Positions 47,431 through 54,365 of a stretch of 64,000 bases of DNA are shown piece after piece (within the stretch, counting starts at the first letter, position 1; the number at the start of each line of letters is the position of its first letter). Below the pieces are notes generated by a model, which had not been told where the DNA came from, searched no databases, and saw only the letters and a list, made by a program, of their open reading frames with translations. This DNA is from an uncultured Actinomycetes bacterium (lineage in GTDB: Bacteria > Actinomycetota > Actinomycetes > Nanopelagicales > Nanopelagicaceae), in NCBI GenBank assembly GCA_903834515.1, contig CAILJM010000039.1, positions 10,600-74,599 of the forward strand. The letters are read 5' to 3'. Made by a program: the position numbers and the translations under genes.

Positions 47431-49125
47431 TTACACGTTATTTGAGAGAAGTAGCCCACTGAAAATAATATAAATAAGGGCCCCCAAAACCACGACGCCG
47501 AGGATTCGATAGGCCTTAACCCCGTACTTCGTTACTCGCCAATCTTTGGCCCCGTCCTTTCCAAATAAAGTGAGTAATTTAAGAATCAAGCCAGGAATAC
47601 TCAGAATGACAAAACTCAATAAAACATAGGTTCGTGCCGATGGATAACGATTTTGTACGACTCTGGCTAAGAAATAACCAACGATTGTCATCGCCAACAT
47701 TTCAATGATTCCAGTCGGCATCCATTTTTGAACTGCGGCCGATTTAGGGAATCGATCTTCAAAAATACCCATGATGAGAGGTAGCGCGAAAAGCAGGACT
47801 CCGATCGCCAGCTCTGCGGAGATTCCTATAAATTTTCCTGCGATGGTTGCGAAAATCCCCACCTTGAAGGCAGTCGCTAAAATTTGTTGGAAGATCGAGC
47901 GTTCTCGGTATTGTGGCTGCAACTTTGCAAGGCGATTAGGGAAAAACTTGAGTGAGATATCTTCGCCAGCAAATCGGGGAATAATTAATCCGGCAGCCCA
48001 AAATCCCACGGTGCTTGCATGCACGGTGAGAGGGAGTTGAAGCCCTGATAATCCAGGAAGTCCTAAGACAATTTGCTCGACCACCCAACCGGTGAGGATG
48101 CTTGCAAGCGCATAATCGGTAATGCGCTCCCAAAGAGATGTGAAATCCCAAACTGCTCGACGCAATGGGCGAAATGCGCTCGCCAGTATTGCTGGGCTAA
48201 ATGCTAGGAGGGAAACCCCAGCAACGGTGAGGGCTTCATTCAAGCTTGTGATATTTCCCGCGAATAGAATCGCAAGTGCGAAGGAGAGGCCGGCAAGAAG
48301 GCCGGCAAGTGCATCTATGACTCCCAGTGCCATCATCGAGATAATAATTAATAGTGAGGGCGGGAGTGCTTCTTGATGGTTTGCTCTCGTTGCAACAAAA
48401 CCTAATGCGAGAGAGATTGGATAAAGGGCAATCGCAAACGGCCCGAAGAGAGAGCGAAGGTAATTTCCGTCAGAGACGATTCTTGTGATGAGGGGTGAAA
48501 ACCCGGAGATAACAACGGCCGAATGCGTAAAGAACCCATCGACACGTTGAGTTGCTGGCCTTTGCCAGGCATTAGCTTTATCGCCCCGCCCAAGTTGAGT
48601 ACCCGCTACCAACGCGGTCCCCTTCGAAAGCTGAGCCAGGTATCCCTGTTGTGATGAAGTTTGTGTTGCAGAATTTTCCTCGCTTGTACCGATCTTTGTC
48701 GAAAGAGCCCCTGCCCCAGTTGCCAGAGTGAGCGCTGCGAAGGCAATAATTGCAGTGTCGGTAGTTCGCTTAGGGTTTGAGAGCGGGTTGTATGGTGGGA
48801 GTTCTTCTCGAGTACTCGAAGCATCAAGTTTCTTTTGAGTAATGAGCGCAGTGAGATCTGGACAAATATTATCCCAATGGATTACTCCATATGTGTCTTT
48901 GCAGAAAAGAACGCTTTTGGTAAAAGTAGATTGATTCATTCCCGTAATCTGGACATCAATGCTCTTAAAACCCGGGGAAGTCGAATTTGGAATTTGTATA
49001 TTCAACTCCTTGGCATCTGCCTCGGTAATCGTCGAGTACAGAGTCGATGTTGGAACTTCTGCGGCCTGAGCGAGGGTTGAGAAATTAATTGCAATAAAGC
49101 TAAGGAGCAAGATTCTCTTCATCAT
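47431..49125 (-). CDS. large polytopic membrane protein of unknown function with an N-terminal exported domain
   Basis: 564 aa. It has a signal peptide (TLAQA/AE), a soluble domain of about 100 aa, an anchor helix, a Ser/Thr/Gln linker, and then about 10 TM helices. Its start forms an ATGA overlap with the stop of the upstream 668-aa gene. Confidence 0.65.
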   Translation of the reverse strand: MMKRILLLSFIAINFSTLAQAAEVPTSTLYSTITEADAKELNIQIPNSTSPGFKSIDVQITGMNQSTFTKSVLFCKDTYGVIHWDNICPDLTALITQKKLDASSTREELPPYNPLSNPKRTTDTAIIAFAALTLATGAGALSTKIGTSEENSATQTSSQQGYLAQLSKGTALVAGTQLGRGDKANAWQRPATQRVDGFFTHSAVVISGFSPLITRIVSDGNYLRSLFGPFAIALYPISLALGFVATRANHQEALPPSLLIIISMMALGVIDALAGLLAGLSFALAILFAGNITSLNEALTVAGVSLLAFSPAILASAFRPLRRAVWDFTSLWERITDYALASILTGWVVEQIVLGLPGLSGLQLPLTVHASTVGFWAAGLIIPRFAGEDISLKFFPNRLAKLQPQYRERSIFQQILATAFKVGIFATIAGKFIGISAELAIGVLLFALPLIMGIFEDRFPKSAAVQKWMPTGIIEMLAMTIVGYFLARVVQNRYPSARTYVLLSFVILSIPGLILKLLTLFGKDGAKDWRVTKYGVKAYRILGVVVLGALIYIIFSGLLLSNNV

Positions 49126-51128
49126 GGCGCAACCGATCTAAGAGATACTTGAATTCTCTGGCCAATGAATAAATTATGAAGTGAGATATGCAGAAGATTG
49201 CTTCCAGATGTCCCACCGTGATCGAAATTGACTGTTTCAAATACTGGAGCTGGTATCACGGTAGAAATTCCAGTGATTCCTGACATTTGATATGTTGGAA
49301 TTGGCTCTGCCGAAAGTAGTGGGCGCACGGCATTCATCTGTGACCTCGTTGGCCTAGGAGTGGGAGTAGGGGTTGGAGTGGGAGTTGGAGTGGGAGTGGG
49401 GGTTGGAGTGGGAGTTGGAGTGGGAGTTGCGATTGCAGTTGGTGCCACTTTGTTGTAAATGACAATCGGGATTTGGCTCTTCTTTCCGCAATCGGCGAGA
49501 AAGGCGACTGAGACGGCGTACTTCGTTCCAGGGGTTAGATTTACGAGAGATCCATCCCAGTCAGGGCTTGTGAAACCAAAAGGAAAGCCTGATGGATAAA
49601 GGATTTCTGGCCCATAGAAGCGGATTTTGCCAACACCAGTGAGGTCCCAAGAGAGCCGCGCTGTCGTGCTTCCCGCTTCGCCTGGGTGAAAGAAGAGTTC
49701 ATTAATAATGACAGGACATGGATCTGGCGGGACCGTCGGAGTTGGAGTCGGAGTCGGGTGTAACGGTTCCCTCATGAGAACAGGCGTTGGAGTTGATCTT
49801 GGGGTTGCGGTTGATGTTGGGGTTGATGTTGGGGTTGATGTTGGGGTTGGCGCCGTGATGGTGATTGTGAACGAACCAGAGGAAGTTTGTGGAGTTGACG
49901 AGAGTGAATCAGTCACACTGATTGTAAAAGTAGTGCTGGAAGTGAGAGCAGTAGGCGTTCCGTGGATAAGTCCATCTGTCGCATCTAACGTCAGCCCTGA
50001 TGGGAGCGTGCCCGTCAAGAGCGTAAAGGTGATCAGGCCAGAGCCTCCAGTGGCCGTTATTGGTCTGAAAGAGAGTCCGACATTCTGAATTGCGGAGGTA
50101 CTTGCGATTGCTGTCGTTGCGACGAGGAGTTCGTAGTAATTGAAGGAGTTCGAGAGTGTCGCGGTTTGCGAATCGGGATTCACCACCGATACTGAGTAAG
50201 TTCCAGCGGCTGCAGCCGAGTTGATACACGTGATAGTTGTTGAATTAAGCGTAGTAATCGAGCATGAGTGCGCGCCGACGGCTACCGTCGCACCAAGACG
50301 AAAATTTGATCCCGTTATCGTGATTGACATCGAGCCAGTTGTAAACCCACGAATCGGTGTGATGCTTGAAATTGTAGGAGTCGGCCAAGGAATGATCTGA
50401 TCGTGAATGATATGCGTCGACGCTCCAAAGGTTACTGCGCTTAGCCCATAGATCGAACCACGCACTATTGAGGAATCGCCTGTGGTTACAGCGGTGCCGC
50501 CAATGATGTTGCCAGGAAGATCCGTATTTGCGCCGAAGGTGAATGCAGCACCGGCTGTCCAATATATATGTGATGGCTGGGCGCCATTGATAAAAGTCAC
50601 CTTTGTCTGCGCCACTACATTCATTGCAACGGTACTTCGAAAAATAAAGATTGAGTCAAAATTGCCGCCGCCATCGAGGGTGATATTTCCAGCGATGCTC
50701 ATTGCCGTACCTGCTGCCGGACCATAGATTCCAGGAGTGAGCGTTCCTCCTGAGAGACTAGTTGCGGTCGGTGTCTCAACCAGTGAATTGATGAGCGCCA
50801 AAGTTTCTGCGACATGGGAGAGAGCGGTGGAGGCGGTGACCGTCGAACTTTCAATCGCTCCAAAGCCTGCATTGGTAAGCGCGAGAGTTTGATCGCCATC
50901 AAGTGCGGCGGGGGAGGATGCAGCCAATAACGGAGCGGTTCCAGTGATTGCAGGAGTGGCACCTAAGACAAAAGCCCCACCGACGATCAGGGAGTAATCC
51001 GCGGCGGTCTGGAGATTAACGTCTGCACTTGTTGCGGCAAAAGATGGGATTACAGGGATGCTTTGCACGAGAAAACACCCTGCAATCACCATCGTCAAGG
51101 CCCTTAATGCGACCCTTTTGATATTCAT
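49122..51128 (-). CDS. secreted multidomain protein: DUF3494 (ice-binding-like) + IPT/TIG + Ig-like + FN3-like, with Pro/Thr linkers
   Basis: 668 aa with a signal peptide. The DUF3494 signature is LTPGIY...ITLDGGGNFDSIFIFRS....INGAQPSHIYW..GAAFTFGAN..L.GNII. The IPT-like part is ITITGSNF..GATVAVG...C. The Ig-like part is GTLPSGLTLDATDGLIHGTP. The linkers are TPTS repeats and (TP)12. No LPXTG motif or TM tail is present. Confidence 0.75.
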   Translation of the reverse strand: MNIKRVALRALTMVIAGCFLVQSIPVIPSFAATSADVNLQTAADYSLIVGGAFVLGATPAITGTAPLLAASSPAALDGDQTLALTNAGFGAIESSTVTASTALSHVAETLALINSLVETPTATSLSGGTLTPGIYGPAAGTAMSIAGNITLDGGGNFDSIFIFRSTVAMNVVAQTKVTFINGAQPSHIYWTAGAAFTFGANTDLPGNIIGGTAVTTGDSSIVRGSIYGLSAVTFGASTHIIHDQIIPWPTPTISSITPIRGFTTGSMSITITGSNFRLGATVAVGAHSCSITTLNSTTITCINSAAAAGTYSVSVVNPDSQTATLSNSFNYYELLVATTAIASTSAIQNVGLSFRPITATGGSGLITFTLLTGTLPSGLTLDATDGLIHGTPTALTSSTTFTISVTDSLSSTPQTSSGSFTITITAPTPTSTPTSTPTSTATPRSTPTPVLMREPLHPTPTPTPTVPPDPCPVIINELFFHPGEAGSTTARLSWDLTGVGKIRFYGPEILYPSGFPFGFTSPDWDGSLVNLTPGTKYAVSVAFLADCGKKSQIPIVIYNKVAPTAIATPTPTPTPTPTPTPTPTPTPTPTPRPTRSQMNAVRPLLSAEPIPTYQMSGITGISTVIPAPVFETVNFDHGGTSGSNLLHISLHNLFIGQRIQVSLRSVAP
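49356..49427 (-). repeat. (ACN-CCN)12 coding microsatellite, a (Thr-Pro)12 linker
   Basis: The plus strand reads (AGT/GGT)(GGG/TGG/AGG) repeated 12 times. There is an internal duplication of about 30 bp (49371-49400 versus 49401-49430). Confidence 0.9.
49811..49846 (-). repeat. three tandem 12-bp units encoding a PTST linker
   Basis: GTTGATGTTGGG is repeated three times on the plus strand. This corresponds to TPTSTPTSTPTST in the 668-aa protein. Confidence 0.85.
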
Positions 51129-51145
51129 TTCACATTTTCGATTGA

Positions 51146-51337
51146 TTACTTATTTGCAGAATCTACTTTAATGACATCTGCATGCACCTTGTCAGCCGCA
51201 TCAGAAATTGATGCTGCAACATTTCCAACAATCTCTTTCGCTTTATCTTTTGTATCAGAGATGAGAACTTCTGCAGCATTTTTCAATTCTTCTTTTGCTG
51301 CATCTAGATGGTCATGAACTTTATTGTTCTGTTCCAT
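51146..51337 (-). CDS. small hydrophilic helical protein (LEA/ElaB/CsbD-like composition)
   Basis: 63 aa rich in Lys/Asp/Ala/Glu (KDKAKEIVGNVAASISDAADKV), with no TM segment and no Cys. It is preceded by an AT-rich 122-nt spacer and ends 17 nt upstream of the 668-aa gene. Confidence 0.45.
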   Translation of the reverse strand: MEQNNKVHDHLDAAKEELKNAAEVLISDTKDKAKEIVGNVAASISDAADKVHADVIKVDSANK

Positions 51338-51459
51338 ATTTTTTCCTAAGTAATTAATTGAAGTCGCCCTTCAATGAGCTACTTGCTCGAACGCGACAAC
51401 TAATTAATAAGACTATAGCACCCTTTGGATAATTGAAAAGTTTTCAATACTGAGACATT

Positions 51460-52050
51460 TCATGGTCGTAACGTTGCAACAACTACATATCGCTTGGGAG
51501 CAGAACCAATAAATGTAAATGGATAACATGTTGAAAGAGTAAGCGTCGCAATTTTTGTGGGAACAATTACGGTTCGATCGTTTTGATCGACGATTCGGAT
51601 TCGCTCGACCTTATAATTAAAAATTCCATCTTGAGTCGTAATGAGTATTGATGAACCAAGTTTTACTTTGCCTAAATTTGAAAAGACCGTATCTCTATGA
51701 CCAGATAAAACAGAGTTATCAATAACGCCAGGCAGCACACTCCCAACGTAATGACCAACTCCTTCTTTGAGTTCTTGAGTGTCAGTACCTTGAAAGATAT
51801 TCACGGTCTTCTTAATTGATGGGATATTGATCGTCCCAAGAAATGTTCCGATCGGCACCGATGCGCTCTCACGAATGGTGCTAACTTCATTTTGAAGCCA
51901 GATGGCCTGTGCCGATGGGAGCAAGTCCTTATCTTGTTCTTGCGCCGAACTGTAAATTTGAACTGCCGATACGCCAGCTACCGCAAGCCCCCCGACCACG
52001 AATGTGATCGAGAGGATTGCTGTGACGGTCAGTCTGACCCTTCTGGACAT
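51460..52050 (-). CDS. sortase (small single-TM type, class D/F-like)
   Basis: 196 aa with an N-terminal TM anchor. The catalytic His is in LSGHRD, the Cys is in TLSTCYP, and the Arg is in KRYVV. Confidence 0.85.
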   Translation of the reverse strand: MSRRVRLTVTAILSITFVVGGLAVAGVSAVQIYSSAQEQDKDLLPSAQAIWLQNEVSTIRESASVPIGTFLGTINIPSIKKTVNIFQGTDTQELKEGVGHYVGSVLPGVIDNSVLSGHRDTVFSNLGKVKLGSSILITTQDGIFNYKVERIRIVDQNDRTVIVPTKIATLTLSTCYPFTFIGSAPKRYVVVATLRP

Positions 52051-52070
52051 GGCTCTTGGTAAGTAACGAG

Positions 52071-53417
52071 CTACTTAACCAAAACCTTACGAGTTCCGAA
52101 GCCAAAGCCTCCTACGAGTACAAGTGCTCCACCCAACACGAGCATGAGATTCCATGGAGTTGAGGTCTTGGGCAACTTTCCACCAGTTGTAGTTGGTGTG
52201 TGTGTCGCCGTGACGGTTGGGCTGGCAACAGGAGTCGGAACTGCAACCCGCGCCGTGACTCCAATGTCGTAATTTGTTCGAGTGACGGTCACATTGTCAC
52301 CGATCCCAAGTGTGATAGTTCCTCCACTACTAATAGGACCACTCCAGACTCCTCTGTAACCACTTGTGGGAGTTTCAGTTAGAACATAGGTTCCGACCGG
52401 AAGTGTGTATGGACGCCCAATTGTGCCGACGCCAGTTAGTGGACTATCAGCTACCTCTAGTCCATTGTGTTTAACATGGATGACAAAGGATGATGCGGTT
52501 GCAGTCCCTTGATACTTGTTTACAACAACCTTCACAACATGAAGAGTCGCGTAATGGACTACAGATGTTGAAGTGGCGGAAGGGGCAGCAGTCGAACTTA
52601 CTGATGTTGCTGAGGAACTTGCTAACGGAGTTGCCGTTGCCGATGTTGTGGAAGCAGAAGTTGGTGTGGCACCCGAAGTGGATGTCACAACAGGAGCTGG
52701 AGTTGCGCAACTGTTATTCACAATTGTGGTCCCGCCAAGCGTCACAGCCCCCGTTACCGCAACCAATTGACCATTGACTGTTGATCCTGCACCAGTACTA
52801 ATGGATGCTTGAGCAATCACATGTCCAACCATCGTCGAGCTTGTGCCAAGAGTTGCAGAACTACCGATCTGCCAAAAGACATTACAGGCTTGTGCGCCGC
52901 GGACAAGTGTGACGGTGCTCGAAATTCCTGTCACAAGAGTTGAGTCTGCGCGAAAGACAAATACCGCGTTCGGATCGTTTGCTCCATCCAGGATCACGTT
53001 TCCTGTGATCTGAAAAGTCCCGTTGCTATATGCCCCAGGCAAGAACGTTCTATCAACACCAAGTTCAACACCTGTTGTGGCGCCACTGTGGTTATCTGCG
53101 AGTGCTGTTGCCGCAGATGTAAGTGCGCTGATTGAAGCACCGCCGAGAGTTACCGCACCTGAGGGCGATATAGAACCTGTCGGAGCGGTGGCACCACCAA
53201 CTCCAATCTCACTACCGGCCGTGCCAGTTATTCCACTTGGCGTAGCACTGGTCACAGCGGATTGAGCTAGGACGCCATACGAACTGGCAGTACCCAAAGT
53301 AAGAGGTGTAGTTGAAGCGTTTGCCGACCCAGGCAAGAGATTAATGAGTACGGCAGCAACTGTAAAAGTGAGAGCTAATTTCTTAATAAGTGGCGCAAAT
53401 TTTCTATTGCTGTCCAT
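52071..53417 (-). CDS. cell-wall-anchored DUF3494 (ice-binding-like) protein with a prealbumin/Cna-B-like domain and an LPKTS sorting signal
   Basis: 448 aa with a signal peptide. The DUF3494 signature is SYGVLA.SAVT......ITG, LPGAY, ILDGANDPNAVFVFRA, GAQACNVFWQIGSSATLG and VGHVIAQASI. A Ser/Thr/Ala linker and a beta-sandwich (HVVKVVVN...GTYVLTE) follow. The C-terminus is LPKTS (nt 52161-52175), a hydrophobic helix and RKVLVK. Confidence 0.8.
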   Translation of the reverse strand: MDSNRKFAPLIKKLALTFTVAAVLINLLPGSANASTTPLTLGTASSYGVLAQSAVTSATPSGITGTAGSEIGVGGATAPTGSISPSGAVTLGGASISALTSAATALADNHSGATTGVELGVDRTFLPGAYSNGTFQITGNVILDGANDPNAVFVFRADSTLVTGISSTVTLVRGAQACNVFWQIGSSATLGTSSTMVGHVIAQASISTGAGSTVNGQLVAVTGAVTLGGTTIVNNSCATPAPVVTSTSGATPTSASTTSATATPLASSSATSVSSTAAPSATSTSVVHYATLHVVKVVVNKYQGTATASSFVIHVKHNGLEVADSPLTGVGTIGRPYTLPVGTYVLTETPTSGYRGVWSGPISSGGTITLGIGDNVTVTRTNYDIGVTARVAVPTPVASPTVTATHTPTTTGGKLPKTSTPWNLMLVLGGALVLVGGFGFGTRKVLVK

Positions 53418-53499
53418 GTTATTTCGATTCTACGAATAATGCAGAGTAGGCCGATTGGCTTTACTCCATTAAATGTAAAACGAAAATTTATTCAGTGCG

Positions 53500-54339
53500 T
53501 CACTGAAATATCACGGTTCTCTCTCCGACGATAAAGATTCGGTCCTCTGCAAAAAATCTGACGGCTTGGGCTAGCACTCTTCGTTCTATATCTCGACCGA
53601 TTGAAATAAGGTCTTCGGCTGAAGCAGAGTGAGTCACATGAGCTACATCTTGAGTAATGATCGGCCCCTCATCCAAATGAGAAGTAACGAAGTGTGCTGT
53701 CGCTCCGATGATTTTCACGCCGCGGTCATGTGCCTGGTGATAAGGCTTAGCGCCTTTAAAACCTGGGAGGAATGAATGATGAATATTTATTATCTGGCCT
53801 TCGAGTTTGGCGCAGAAGCCCTCGGTAAGAATTTGCATGTACCTAGCGAGCACAACGAAATCAACTCGCTCTTTCTCCATCATGGTAAGAATTTCAGATT
53901 CGACCACAGATTTCCCGAGAGCGTCGATTGGGAGAAAGCGGAACGGTAGACCGTGTGACTCGACGAGTGGCTTTAATACCTCTCTATTAGAGACTACGGC
54001 CGCAATCTCAATTGGCATCTCGTTGAGTTCTTGCAGATAAAGAAGATCGCGCAAACAGTGGCTTTCAGTAGTCACCATGATGAGGGCGCGCTTTTTGACT
54101 TCGCTCTGGCGAAAGGTAAGGGTTGGGTTGAATTGGCTCAACCCATCCGTAATTGCAGTTTTCGCTTCAACCAAACTCGCGTCTGTTTGAATTCGAGTTC
54201 GCATAACGAAAATGCCAGTCGTCAGGTCTGTGAATTGCTGGTTCTCGATGATATTGCCCTTGCATGCCAAGACTGACGTTGTCATCGAATGCACAATGCC
54301 AGGTTGGTCCTGGCATTGCAGCGTCACTATGAGATCCAT
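53500..54339 (-). CDS. purU: formyltetrahydrofolate deformylase
   Basis: 279 aa with an N-terminal ACT domain (LQCQDQPGIV). The formyltransferase core is INIHHSFLP.F.GA.PY and ATAHFV...LDEGPII. Confidence 0.9.
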   Translation of the reverse strand: MDLIVTLQCQDQPGIVHSMTTSVLACKGNIIENQQFTDLTTGIFVMRTRIQTDASLVEAKTAITDGLSQFNPTLTFRQSEVKKRALIMVTTESHCLRDLLYLQELNEMPIEIAAVVSNREVLKPLVESHGLPFRFLPIDALGKSVVESEILTMMEKERVDFVVLARYMQILTEGFCAKLEGQIINIHHSFLPGFKGAKPYHQAHDRGVKIIGATAHFVTSHLDEGPIITQDVAHVTHSASAEDLISIGRDIERRVLAQAVRFFAEDRIFIVGERTVIFQ

Positions 54340-54365
54340 TATCAGAGCCTATGCCGAGCGAGTTG

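Noticed and set aside
49330-49440. Short regular repeats, considered as a possible CRISPR array. The 18-bp repeats at 22384-22436 were considered too.
   Set aside because: The units are 6-18 bp with no unique spacers. They lie inside or at the end of coding sequence, and no cas genes are present.
49708-50088. A 126-aa plus-strand ORF rich in Gly/Val (GVGVGV...).
   Set aside because: It is the antisense reading of the Pro/Thr linker and Ig-like region of the 668-aa surface protein. The low-complexity mirror translation is an artefact.
47412-53499. A possible integrated prophage or integrative element at tRNA-Arg.
   Set aside because: There are no integrase, recombinase, phage or conjugation genes. 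I could not find a direct repeat of the tRNA 3' end in the intergenic regions of the cluster. I describe it only as an accessory cluster beside a tRNA.
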